Positions 25,901 through 39,944 of a DNA stretch of 64,000 bases are shown in pieces. The stretch lies in the NCBI GenBank assembly GCA_030265395.1, contig JARFYF010000059.1, positions 10,195,582-10,259,581 of the forward strand. Direction: 5' to 3'. The stretch's first letter is position 1; the number at the start of each line of letters is the position of its first letter. A model generated the notes under the pieces. The model saw only the letters and a list, made by a program, of their open reading frames with translations, had not been told where the DNA came from and did no database searches. This DNA comes from Rhina ancylostomus. Lineage: Eukaryota. The translations under genes and the position numbers were made by a program.

Positions 25901-28754
25901 GTCTGTATGTGCAACTATCTTTTGATACATATGTAAAGCTTAGTAATATGCTGTGAAGCAATGAATAAATGCTTAACATTTCTGCATTAAAATACTGTGG
26001 CTGCTGTTTATTTTATGTGGGTTGGTGCCAGTTTATAACAATATTTGTGCAGCAATGGATTTAATGAGAACAAGTTAAGGGATGCAAGCTGAATTCCACT
26101 TGGTGTGATTTCAAGGCCTCAATTTATTTGTAAAGTTTTCTTGATCTCTTTGTGATTGTGATATTCATTTTCAGCATCTTGGTCGTTCCCCAATAGATGT
26201 AGAAGGTCCATTCAGGCTGTCAATGCAAAAGTCACTGCCGAAAAATATAGAGATTCATGGATTCCAGCAAATTAAACAGTCTCCAGTGGTGGAGCAGTGC
26301 CGGGGAAGAAACATATTCAGCTTGAGGTAGTACTTGTGATTTTGGAAAGATTAGCTCTGCCTTCTTTCCTGTAAAGTACTGACCTTGGAGCTGAAGCAAT
26401 TAGGAAAGAAAAGGGTCATTACTGTGCTGATGGTAACATCTGTACAAATGCTTCATTGGATAGGGAAATTACAACTGGCCTACGTTAACTAAAGAAATGT
26501 CAGCTATGTCCCAATGCTATTGTTAGGTCGTGACCTCCCACACATCCCCCAACTACCTCCAACTGCCACTACTGACCACCAAACACTACTACTGGAAGTG
26601 ATTGTGCAGGAGCATGGGAAGGATTTGGCTCTAAAAACCCTACTGATCAAATGGCTTGTTAACATTCATTGAGACCAGGATCACACATGCAGAGTGGTCA
26701 CTTGGGTGATGTAGCAGAAGTTTACCAGTAGCTGTGGAGCAGTATTCCAGCATGAGGAAGCATGTTGGAAAAAAAGGGAAGGGAAAATGATACGGTAAAA
26801 TATAACTCCATGAGAATGCAACATTCNNNNNNNNNNATTCACCAGCTGAAACGACACAGGGCCAGTTTCACCTCATTTTCACCTTACCAGAAATCAATAT
26901 TTGTACAGTAATTTCTGGACAGCAACCAAGCAATGGAAAAACTAATAAAAGAAAATAAACTTTGCAATTCCCTAACCACATGTGCTGTGCTGTGCTGTGT
27001 AAGGGTTTCCTGCTCGGCGTTTAAAGGAATTAGTGACTTCATTTGGCGCTGATACGAATGCATTCGCTAATATTGTGATTCCATTGCTATTAATATGCCA
27101 GCCGAACACATGCATTTAAAATGACCTCTTCACTGGAATTTTGTTCTCACCAAGGTGAGGGATGATAGAGCTGAGGAACATTTTCCTGTCAGGAAAAAAG
27201 CATTCCTGGATCAGCTTTAAGCAGGTTAGTTGTAGAATAAAGATCCAATTACTTCAAGGCCACAAAATGTCCGGACTTCAAACCTGGTACTATCTCCTCT
27301 CTGTAAAATTATTACCAATGTTATACTGCCTAAGAAATGCACTTTATAATTGGTCCTTACAATCAACTATCAGTTGCAATTTGAGCTTGCTGTAAACCCA
27401 ATACCAAAATAAGACGTAGGGAGTGACACCCATAACCTTCCTTGGCTACATCGTTCAGCAACAACTTGCATTTTTATATCACTTTTGACCTTGTTAAATG
27501 TACCAAGTACTTTACTGGAACATCATTGTGCAAAATTCACACCAAGTGACACAAAAAGACACAAGGCACATATAGGTTTTAAGGAGTGACTCAGAGAAGA
27601 AAGAGCAGAGAAGAGTCAATGTATTGCAGAGCCTTTTGGGATATGGTACCCAGATAGTTAAAAGCAAGATGTGAAAGTGTACAACTGGATGTCTCCTGGA
27701 TTAATGTCTCACAGGCTCAGCATCTACTGTAGCTTTACAGAGCTGCTATTTCCTACCATAGATAAATAAAAGAGCTAGTTAAGTTCCTCAGCCATCAGGA
27801 TAACCATTGTTGCAAGATTTATTTATTAGTCTATGTTGCCATGGCCCAGAATTTTAGACTCATTGAAAGACTGAATGTGGCTTTGTGCGTACTACCATAC
27901 ATCAGAGGAGGTTTAAACTAAGAAACATGCTCCTTTGTCAAGTGTATAATCTACCATTTATCACTCTACCCAGTTTCCTGCACTTTTGCCACTCTTTCAA
28001 TTGAAACAGATAAAAGCCCAAAAGCTGTGTTAAAATGCATAGAACATCTCCCACTTTGAACAATGCATGTTCCTTGTGAGCTCTGCCACAACATAGAACT
28101 GCAGAGTGCACCACAAAAATTAGCACAGCTACCCTATTGCATTAAGGTATCCACATACCAACACAGAATTGATAATTGCTGAGAATTGCTGTATAGTTAA
28201 TGATGTTGAGCTTCACAACGAAAACAATACAACTACAGGCATTGGTAATGGGATACCGTATACTGGACATTACAACTCAACAAGTCCCATGTTCAATCTC
28301 TACTGTTTGCTGAAGTAGTTGGTCTTACAATACTTCTGAAGTTCACTTTCAAATTAAATTTGAGAAAAATGCAGAGCTTCTGGCTGAATCTGTCTTGCTC
28401 TTGTATGTGAATCGTGTACTGCCTTACAGCATACTCTGTATGTCTATCATGCTTTGATATCACAGGAGGAGCAATTCTTCATCATTTCTGTCATAAGTGG
28501 TTTCCTCTGCTCTTTTTTTAGTCTGCTTTATGAGTAAATTAATTCATTACATATTAATGTTTGCTGTATCATAACCACTTGCACTACTTCAGCATGTCCT
28601 ATTTAAAATCATTATGCAATCAAAATGGAATATTTTTTGAAGAGTACCCACTATTCTAATATAGGAAATGAAGCAGCCAACTCGCATTTAACAGGACAAC
28701 ACAAACAGCAGAGTTAATGGCCTTTTTATTAAATGTGCTTTTTAATGATGTTGA

Positions 28755-29125
28755 GGGTAATAGGATTTTGATCCCGAGGAGTTTCGACAGAATGGATATG
28801 GAGATGTTATTTCGTTTAGTGGGAGAATCTAGGATTAGGGGTCACCTATTTAAGTGGTCCCGTATTTAAGATAGAGTTGAGGAGATTTTTTTCTCTCAAA
28901 AGATAGTGAATCTTTGGAACTACTTTCTTCAAATTGTGGTGGAAGAGGAGGTTTTGGATATTTTTAAGACAGGTTGATAGACTCTTGATGAAAAGGGAGT
29001 GAAATGTTATTGGGCAGTAGAGTGAAATGTGGAATTAAAGGTAAAATTGGATCAGTTATGATCTTATTAAACAGTGCAGCAACTCAAGGGGCTGAGTGGC
29101 CTATTCCTGCTCCTAAACCAAATGT
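28755..29125 (+). mobile_element. CR1 3' end
   Basis: GGGAGAATCTAGGATTAGGGGTCAC...GAATCTTTGGAAC...GGGGCTGAGTGGCCTATTCCTGCTCC. Confidence 0.8.
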
Positions 29126-32100
29126 TCATATGAAATGAAAAACAAATAAATAGCCATCTTGTTATACCAAGATGAAGGACTGCAGATTTTTATTGTATGC
29201 ATATTTTTAGCCTATGATTATAAGTCTGGACACAGAACAATTGATTCATTTTTAAAATATGACATGGGTGTAATTGCACATATTTGGACATTATGCTAAA
29301 ACACCGTGGTGAAATTGTAATCCAGATTTGACAAACATTGCAGAGAGTGCACATTGAGCCACTAACATGACATGTTCTGTTCTTCATTTTAAAGGATGAA
29401 AAAAAGTCCCTTGAGGCACTCCCTGCAAATGGCAGGTCATGGAATCACTATTCTAATCCAAAGAAATCAGAAGAATGTCTGCTCTCTCTCCCCCTCCAAC
29501 AGTTTCCAAGAGTTTTGAGTCCAATGTGGTTGAATCATGCTGTGCAGTATTAGTAACACATGTTAATAGATTTGAATGAAATTTATTTTTCCACTATTTT
29601 AATACAGATTTTAAAAAACTGTGCTTTGTGCTTTTTTATAGATAGTAAAAAAAGAACTGTGTTAATGATTTTATAAATAATATCTTCCAATGTAACTTCA
29701 TCCCTGGAATATAAACATGTCCTATCAATCAAATCCTAACCTTGAGGTTTGGCCTCAAATTTTTGGGATATTTTCACCTAAACTATCTCAATAATCTTGC
29801 TAAAAAGTGTCTATGAAATTAAAAGGCCACGCCCTTACTCATAAAAACAACACTCCTCCAATTTAAAGAGTCTTTACCTATCACTGGAGTTTATGGTGGT
29901 AGTGTTGAACCTTGTTATTGGATCTACTCAGCAGCCACAAAGCAATGAGCAGTAAATGCAGATGTGCGCTGGGAAGAACACAGTTCAATCTGTCATAGGA
30001 AGCTTGTCAAAGGAGGTGAATTTGAAAGTGCTTGTAAATGCAGATTTGTGTGGCGGAAAAGTCTAAGGTGAATGTACTGAAGATTAGAACTGAAGCTACT
30101 GAATGATCTTTCACCTAAAAAAGGTAAAGATGTTGGAGAGAAAATAATGAGACAACCCTTTCCTTAATTCACTTTTCAGGATGTGGGTAATGCTGGCAAG
30201 GCCAGCATTTATTGCCTACCCCTAATTATCCTTGAGAAGGTGATGGTGAGCCATCTTGAACTGCTGCAGTCCTCCTTCTAAACCATGGAACTGGGAGGGA
30301 ATCATAGGTTTCGTGGAATCCTGCAAATGTAAGGTAGAACTACCTTATGGAGGTGCAAACGTAATACTTTAGGGTGCAAGATGTAATTGGAGGTTATTGC
30401 GAACAGAAGGTGCAATGATAATAAATGCATGAAACTTAGTACAGGTTCTATGTCTTTAATGAGAATTGATCAATGTCTGAAAGAGAAAAGCAGTTTAACA
30501 TTTACAGATTCCCAGCTGAAATGATAACCTTGCCTTCTCCTTCAGATGCCTTTCCAACAATTTCTGTTTCTATTTTAAATTTCCAGCAATTCCAGCTTGC
30601 CTATCTTCACCCTTTGAGCTTAAGAGCCTTTGATTGAGGGTCCTACAATCATTTACCCATTGGACATATGTTTCAGGTAAAAGTTTCTATGTGTCCAAAA
30701 TTCTTCGCAATAAACCTCCTGAGTTTTCTCTGTCCAACATTCCAGAAACGTTATTGCTCCAGCATGCTGCATGCCACTTTTGTTTAATATTGAGCTTGTC
30801 TTGGAAGCTATGTTCCGCTCCTTAATGCAAGAGATAAAGTGTTGAAGGATTCTTGTCATTACCTGTATGGACCATTTAACAGGTTACAATTTTTGTACAT
30901 ATTCTGCACTGTTGCAGACTTACATCTTTCATTTGCAATGTTTCAGTTTGTAAAATTAGATCTTTAGCTGCACCTTGTCAAATAGTTCATTCTAGTTGAT
31001 TGTGAAAATCAACAAAGCAACTGGAGAAAAATTCTATACATTAATAAACAATCTTTTTAACAAGATAGAAATATTAAGGCTCATTTGGGTTTTGTTTAAA
31101 TAGCTCCTGGCAATCGCCTAGAATTAAAAAGGAAAACAGAACTTGTCACNNNNNNNNNNNNNNNNNNNNNNNNNNNNNNNNNNNNNNNNNNNNNNNNNNN
31201 NNNNNNNNNNNNNNNNNNNNNNNNNNNNNNNNNNNNNNNNNNNNNNNNNCTTGTCACAACAACAACCTGCTCTATGTTGCATGTTTAATGCCCCAAGGCA
31301 CTTCAGACGAGTGTTATCAAACCAAATTTGCATGTAACCAACAGTTTATTATTGTGCTTCAGGATGTCCTAATGAATGTATCATGTACACAATATATATA
31401 AAGAACTTTGTTTCCTGGTGCATATTTCCAAGATAGTGTTGGTGGTCTTAATGTCTGCTTTATTACCTGCTCCTCCCTTCAGTGCTAGAGAGAGAATAAA
31501 ACAAGATGCACTTGAGAGAAACAAGAGGAAGCTGCTCCAGCAAACGTTTGGTAAACTGCGACAGAAGTCTTGATACTTTGTCCAAGTGAAGGAAATATTC
31601 ATGGGATACATATCTATAGAGAATGCGCAAGAGAAGGAATCTACAGACTCATTAGCCAGCAATGGATCACCTGATGGTGGGCTCTCTCCTGTATTACACC
31701 AGGAAGGAAGGAGAATTCCTGCAGAATCTCAAGGCCTCCAACTTTTGTCTCAAATTTTCCTTCTTGATCTCTCGCTACTCCAACAATGATTCCACTCTAT
31801 GAATTTGTATTTTTTTGCAGATCAAGGGAATATAAGCAGGTGAACAGTTCATCTGGTTCTCAGAAAAAGATTGTGTGGTGAGGCAACTAGGAAGCCAGTA
31901 ATGTCTGTAAGTCCCTTTGCCTACAATGCCACCTGATCGCCATTGAGATCAGTGTAGAAGATCTCATCTATCCATGAACACAGTGCCTGCATGACTGATG
32001 CAGAAATGGGCAGTAAATTAGGAGACGTGGCAGAAATACTTTGAAGCTGATTTTACAGATCCTGTAGTGAGGAGATTAATGGAGAGAGCAGTCCAAGCAC

Positions 32101-35100
32101 AAGGGTGTATCTGTAGGTCTTCCTGCAGCAACTCATATATCTCTGTGAAGACAGCCTTGGAAAACCTGAGCCTACAAATAGATTGTTCATTAGAGAGGTC
32201 CAGGTAAGATGTAGTGACTCTTAAGACTATATAGGAATAGGCTCTTCACTGATACAGGTTTTTGGCTCCCATCTCAAGGTTCCCAACCCATCTTGCCTGG
32301 CCAGTCATTTCCACACTGATGTGTCTTGTGATGGACTGTTGCTGGCAATATTACCACTGAATGAAAGTCCTGGCAGCTAAATGCTGGAGTAAACATTCAC
32401 TGATTGCTCACTCAGTGGGTTTTAGAAGCTGTCTGAGCAGCCTGTAGTCAGATCTAAAGCTGCCCATTCAGGTCTACCCATGTCAGAGGAATGTCCCTTT
32501 AAATTATGTAAAGAACGATATATGTAGCATAATATGTCCCTTCTGGCACTGTGACTATTCAATGACATTCAAAGGTTGCCCTTATAAATTTTAACTTATT
32601 GGCAGCAAAGGAAGAAATAGGTGATGAATAAGTTGTGATGTCATTGACTGCACGTCTGATGTCAGAAAGGCATCAGGCACCTGAAAGTAATGACACCCTA
32701 ATATGACGAAATCCAATTTCCCAGTGAGTGCCTTTTCAATCAGAAATTACATTTCACCATCTTAATCTAACCCAGGTTAGATTCGCACACAAGAAACGGG
32801 CATTATCCGATCCAATTTCTAGACTTTTGTGTTCTGCACTATATGTCTTCATCTGGTCATCTGTATTTCCTTTGGTCGTTGCTGAAATACCTTCAAAAAT
32901 GTACTACTGGTAACTTATTAATGAGCATTAGAATATACACTAGAATAATTTTCATTGCATAGTGTACAATGATTAAATGAAACTCTTTATTCTAGAGAAA
33001 ATTGATTGCATTTTCAAAGGAGACAAATGTGTGGATGTCAATATACTTGATTGAAAGTTGCAGCAACAGACTTTGAAATACTCAGTAAAAGTATCATCAC
33101 ATGGGTGTTCTAGCTCCAAAGAAAACAATGTGAATTGGTCAGCTCTGCTTAGCAATACATTTGATACTTGCTTGCTGTAGATTGCCAATTGACCAATGTT
33201 ACGAATGCCCCTTGATTATAACTGTAAGGACCCACTGTTATAGGATTTGAGTGTCTTGGTGACTGACCACTGGTGCTGACATGTCTCTGAAGTAAGATCC
33301 ACGTCTGGGGAAAACAGTTTTGGTATTCCTACATAATGAAGATGCAGCTTTCTTCAGCAATTATCATCCTGGTCTGTTTTACACAGAGGCTCTCAGTTGC
33401 AAGACGCTGCTTATGACTTCCAATTAGGCTGCTCCCAGTGGAGCTCTTCCTAATCCTTGCCTTGTTCCTCTTCACATGATGAAATTGCATGTAAGGTTAA
33501 AAGAAGAAATGAGTAAGAACAAGTCTGCAAGAGCAATACAGAACCAATTAGCAAAAGCAAGACGACAATGCAGTAACAAGGAAAAAAGAGCCTTCAGCTT
33601 TAACCCGTGCTGAGAAGGTAACTATTAGATTCACTTCCAAAGGTTGTTAGCTGCTTCTCAGCACTAACTGTGCCTTTAATGTCAGCATTCCTTTCAAAAC
33701 CACACCCAGCAAGAAGGGGAAACTAGGCATGGGAATAATTTTTAATGATTTGTATGTAACAGTAATTTACACTTCATTCACAGGAAAACATGAATATTTC
33801 CTTTTTACAGAAAGGGAGTTTACATTATGACATCCCAACCCAGCTAACCTTACATGACACCCAAAAGACGAATAAATATGAAGAACATCGAAGTCAACAA
33901 ATCTAATGAATGTTAAAAATGACCAGCATGAGTCAGAATCACTTGTTTCATGGCATCTGTTTGAAATAATTTGGCTTTATATGTGAATATATCCAGCTGA
34001 GACTCAAGAGTTAGATTTGTTCAAATGGAAATTTATCAAGCTCTAACATGAATTCAGCAAGTTGTTCTGTCTTGTCACCAGAGTTTGAGGTGAGCCACTT
34101 AAAAGTGGAATGCAATTTCTTGTACCAGGAGTAGAGGTGAGCCAGGATGAATAGCTTCTGATTAAGTATTATAATGCTGATCAATTGGGTATATAATTTG
34201 CAGCAAGTCTCATTTGTAGTACTGAAGCTTCATATCTACCTTTCGCCTTTGTAGAATGAATACCACTTCCTGGAACATTCCCCTAGCATTTTAAATATTT
34301 TGCTGTTAGTTCAAAAATTAGGTATTTAATGTGGTAATATTTTAATACTTTTAAAAAGGTATGTTAACAAATAGATGCATGCAGTATTCCAGAATAAAAT
34401 TATCTTCTTAATTGGCATCAAATTCAGCAACCAAAACATTCATCTACTCCACCACTGATGCACCATGGCTGTGGTGTGTACTATGTACTTCCGACAGCAC
34501 CCAATTCTGCAAGGAAGGACAAAGAAACAGATTCCTCTATTGACTTGGGGGAATAATGCCCTTCCTTCACCTAAAATCTAAAATCGAAATTCTGGAACAT
34601 CCAACCACAGGGCTGAAGCCATTCAAGAGGGTGACTTCCTGTCATCTTCTCAGGTAAAGTTAAGGATGGATGATAACTAAATTTCTTGCTAATGACACAC
34701 ATGTCCTTCAAATAAAAATGTTTGGACAGGAACAAACTATTGGCTAATTTTGTCCATAGTTCCTAAAGCTGACATCAGTTTTCTTATTGTGCATCTAACC
34801 TTGAATCTTCTTTACTAACAGGAATCCATTCTTTAAAACCTGCCAAAGTTTACCATTCCACTATCCTTGCTGGTAATCTGTTCCCTGTTTCTATCACTCA
34901 CTCAACATATCGCCTCAATTTCTTATTTAACTTTAACATCCTTAATTATATACAGTGAGATAATGCATCAGCTGTGTAATGAAGTGACAGACCGTATATT
35001 TTATTCCATAGTACTGGTTTGTTGTATGTTGACATACATTTTTGAAGAAGGTGATGAGCAGACTGCCTCCAGAAAGGTGGAGTAATCAAAAAGCCCTCAG

Positions 35101-35634
35101 CTGGCCATTTTCTATTGACATTTTTCGGGGCAAGAGGCCTAAGGAAGAAAAGGAGGGAGGAAAGTCAAAGGAAGAATTAGAAGTTAATAAATTCTTCAAT
35201 CCATCAAACCATAAGTCCTAATTTCAAGATTAGCCCATGATTACAGTCCCAACATATAACTAATAGCCCAGCTTTTGCCTTCATTATGATATTTTGATAT
35301 TATTATTAATCACTGATTATTTCTCTAATCTTTCCTCTCTACTTCCACCAAGAGTTAATCAATTCAACCAACTTTGTCTACCTTTCATCATTGCTCCCTG
35401 CAATATATTAAAACCAAGGCCCTCTCTTACTTCTGTCCTAAGATCCATTACTCTTGTTTTCCTTTTAAAAACAGACTTTCAAAACCCAAATTCGACATTG
35501 TCCACCTCCTCAATTTTAATTTCAATACAGTACAGGATTTAACCTACAACTAAAACTAAATCCATGATCTAGACAGGAAAAAAAACTCTTCCTGATAGAC
35601 TACCTTGGATCTCAAGGATATAAAATACATTCAT

Positions 35635-36020
35635 TGGATTGAGATGATTGTCCTGTAAGGAAAGATTGAGTAGTTTGGGTTTGTGCTCTCTGCAGTTTCA
35701 AAGAAAAAGAGGTGATGCATTAGTGTACACTAGGGAATATGCTGCCAGGATAAAGGGTCGGCCATTAATGACAGAGATAAGGAGGAACTCCTCTCAGAGG
35801 GTTTGAATCTTTGGCATTCTCTATTTTGGATGGTAGCAGATGCTGAATCACTAAATAATTCAAGGGTGAGACAGATACATTCTTGGACAATGGGAGAAGC
35901 AGGGGATATGGGAATAAAGCAGAAAACTAAAAAGGCTAATGATCAGATCAGCCTTAATCTTATTAAAGCAGATTTGATGAATCAACGGGCCTCCTTCTCT
36001 CCCACAATGATTCTATGACT
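35635..36020 (+). mobile_element. CR1 3' end
   Basis: ORF NLWHSLFWMVADAESLN and a CR1-type tail. Confidence 0.7.
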
Positions 36021-39000
36021 GTGTTCTTATATAATCTACTTAGATACAATGAATATGTCTGTCCCTTTTGGCTCCCCTCTCCAGAATGTGTTAATCCTTC
36101 CTACATGTGGTTTCAGGAGTATCAAATGATCTTCAGTCGGTTGCTGAAGAAACATTCTTCATATGTGAGCCTAGACAATAAATGACAGTGCTATCACATT
36201 GAAGTGCTAAGTCCAAAGAAAACAATATCAAGCGGGCAGCTCATATACACCGTAGATTGTTTACTTGCCTGCCATTTTCTGTCTATTGTCTGATGTAGCA
36301 AATATCTCCTGTTCTACTTGAAAGTAAACAGTGGCACAGAAGTTAAGTGCTGTGGTGACGTAACAGGCATCATGGCAAAATTTGATCCTGTCCTTCCCAA
36401 GATTTATATATCCATATTCCAATATGGAAAGAAATCCGCAACGGGAACTTTGACCAATTTTCCTGCAGTTAACGTGGAGAGTTTATTTGAGGCTGCTTTT
36501 TCCCTTGCACTGCCCTGCCTGAAATCAGGCAGTATTTGGAGTAACTCACTAATCAGAAAGCAGAACCACCCTGCTGTGGCAAATAGAAAGTTTTCTGATA
36601 TGACATTTTGTACTATATTTAATGGGGTTTCACTGGAATATACTCTGTATCTAACTTTCAGAAATACAAACAGTTATGATATAAACAGTCCTTTTCCTGT
36701 AAGTACCTAATGTGTAATTATGTTCCTCTACAAAACAGTCCTTGCTGTTAAGTTGTTTGAAAATGCATATTTTATAAGAAATTGTTAATTTAACTGTTTA
36801 AAATTAAGACTCTCTTTATTTCACTTTACCACAATGTGTTTGGCATGTGGCCCAGTGGTCGGTAGTAAATCAGTGGCTTTTCAATTTCTGTGGATTTGAT
36901 TAATATGGGTGCCGAGCCAGCTCTTTATAAAGTGATAACAGGAGCCCTGCACTTCCTCAGATTGGGCATTGGGAAAGGACAGCACAAAAGATTAAGACAA
37001 ATGAAACTTGGAAAGTGGTTTCTAGTAAAGAGCTGACTGATTTCTCCTAGAAATAAGTCATGTCTTACAGGGAACCATAAGGTCAACACTCATCTTTCCC
37101 CTTACCTTGAGTCTGGAGGGTAAGAACAAGGTAAAGTTAACCATGAAATATGTAGAGTTATCACTTGTACAAGGATCCAGATTTATTTTAAATTGGGTTT
37201 CTGTTAAAACTTAACAGAAGTTATGTTACTGAGTCTTTCAGTAACATAATTTGTGTTATGCCTTTGATGTAACAGAATCCCCCAAGGCAACTAGAATGGT
37301 AGAGAAAAACACAATGTAGTAGTTTGTGAACCACTCTATTATATTATCTGTCTGTTGTATTAATGTAGACAGTAATTTATATTTGCTAGATTAATATCTC
37401 ATTTAGAACTGTCAATGTGCTGCTTGATGGATTAACATTACAGTTAAGCCAGCTAACAAGGCATGTACACACACTCCGTAAATTGTTGCTTAATTATATA
37501 CAAGGTTATATCCCTTCCTTAACAATAAAATAAAATTGATTTTCCCTACCTTATATCTATTTTATATTCTACTTATAAACTATTTGTATGATTGTGAAGT
37601 AAATACGATGACGTTTAATAAGGAAACATGGTAAACTCATCTCACTCAGAACAAAAAGTAAAGCTACATATGGTATAAATCTGAAACAAACAATGTTACC
37701 AATAAGTTCCTGAAAGAGAGAGTCTAATGTCTTAGGAGTAACTTTTCATCATTCACGTTCGTCAAACTGTAAGAGTGTTCTGACCAAGTGACTTAAACAG
37801 ATAAGATTGTCGAAAACATTACTTACAAAGCACCATAGTCTGTTCCAGTATGGCATTAACAAGAAAATTCTATTCTAAATAGCTATGTCCTCATCCCAAA
37901 GTGCTTCCCAAAGCAGATCAATGTCAGCACTGTCATTAACCAATATCAAAAATATGAGTGCAAGTTTAATTGCATGTGTGCTATTTATTTTTAGTATAAT
38001 GATTAATGCATTTGTGTTAAATTCCTGTCTGCACTATTTTAATGCAGTTCTTAACTCATTGAAAATAAACAGGCTTAAAGTACTGTTAAAGTAGCTAAAC
38101 TTGTAACAGCAGGAGGATTTCACCCCCAGTATATCTGTCTCACTATCTCAGAACCTTTCCCATATTTGACCAGACTCAAGTTTTCATTTCTCACACAACT
38201 TATTCCTGTTGTCTTCCTAAACTTTTATAATTTCAATACCATTGCTAATCTTCTGCCTCTTTTTCAGGTCAAATTTCCTTCACACTAGCCATCCACCCCC
38301 TTCCCCTTAATGTTACTCATCCAAATCTGCTGAGTTTAAAACCCACTATTCTTTGGGTCTATTTAATTCAAGGCTTGAGTTTGGGATCAGGCTGAATAAA
38401 AATAGACATTATGTTTTTTTTGTTCTATAAAGGTGAGGAATTTGGTGCTGGAAATGGAACATACTAATTTCAAGCACTCCCAGGTCAAATATAGCATTGT
38501 AAGTTATAACACGACTGGATACACACGTTTAATTCTAATATAATTTTTTTCGGTTTCTGCCATAATTCTTTTTGTCATATAACTACTTCTGCCTTCAGTC
38601 TTATCATAGACCTCCTTCTTCATTTTTTCTTCCCTCCCCAGCTTCCTTCTCTGCTTTTGAACTTGCATTAAAAACTTGTGTCTCTAACTTTTTCTACTTC
38701 TGATAAAAGATCAACTGTCTGAAACACTAGCTAACTGATGCTGCTTGGCCTGGTGAATATTTCCAGCATTTTTTGTTGTTAATCATAGTTATAATAATGT
38801 TAGTTATAACGTGAGGCCCAATGGTTAAATTTAGTTTGATAACAATCTGGTGAAAACAGTGTTTTACATTAAAGTTAAGTTGTTGTTAATTTGTCTTGCC
38901 TTACTATGGATTCCAGTGTCCTGGCTCTTGTTTCTCATCCTAGACCTCAGAAGAATGCTTGCTCTAGTCTAGGGATTTCCCAAAGTGAGATTTTGGCTTC

Positions 39001-39559
39001 ATATTATGAGTCAGAAGGCTTGTGTCTAAATTCCAATCCAAACAGCCACAGTGAATGGAGCTGGGCTGGATCGTTTACAGTCAATCAAATGGGGCACTGC
39101 ACCTGATGGGTGCAGCTACTCCAACCCTTCATAGTAAAGTGTGATTGCAAACCAACAAAGGGTAAGTAATCTGATGAAAAATTAAAAAGGAAACCATCTC
39201 AGCTATTCATTCATAGTAGGTGGCTCAAGGCTTAAATGAGAACCTGACCTAGGAAAACATGGCAAAAACCTAGGTGGATGGACCAATGGCATGTGAACTA
39301 AAACTATTCAAAATCATTTGCTGTCTAAAGACAAGGGAAATTTTAATCCCATCAATTTGGAAGTGATTTGAATTTGGGCTCTATTTTTGTTCAGGATGGA
39401 TGCAACAAATTCTAAAGATTCAACATCTATTCTATTGAATGATAAGCCGCCTTATTGCCATTTATTCCTAAGTGCTAGTGTTTGCAACCTACAAAGTGGT
39501 TTTATCTTAAAATGTTCAGATATTCACAGAAATTAAAACTGAACTCCACCTTCATGAAG

Positions 39560-39869
39560 GGCCACCAAGGAAATCTCTCTTAAAGGTGTCATAAGGTTTA
39601 TATTGACAATGAAGAAGAGCAAGGGAATGTGGTAGATATCATCCATATAAATTTTCAGAAGGTGTTTGACAAAATCCTATATAAAAAAAAGTAGGTTACC
39701 AAAATTGAGATCCAAGGAATAAATGGGACATTAGCAGCCTGGATAAGGAATTAGTCTAAGGGCAGAGAGCAGAGTATCGTGGAAAACAGTTATTTTTATT
39801 TTCAGATTGGAGGACAGCAGACAGTGATATTCCCCAGGAGTCAGATTAGGGGCTGCTATTGTTTGACGA
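39560..39869 (+). mobile_element. CR1 reverse-transcriptase relic
   Basis: TTTCAGAAGGTGTTTGACAAA (DFQKAFDK-like) and ATTCCCCAGGAGTCAGATTAGGGGCTGCTATTGTTT (VPQGSVLGPLLF-like). A similar relic at ~20470-20660 reads YLDFQKPFDKV. Confidence 0.75.
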
Positions 39870-39944
39870 TGTCATGGTTCTGAGTTCTGGCCCTCAATTT
39901 GGATCCATTAATGCCTTGTTGTCCAGCACATGGATTCCATGCTG
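39870..39944 (+). mobile_element. 5' end of the same LTR, inserted in a CR1 RT fragment
   Basis: TGTCATGGTTCTGAGTTCTGGCCCTCAATTTGG... nearly identical to the 12002 copy, then a gap. Confidence 0.85.
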
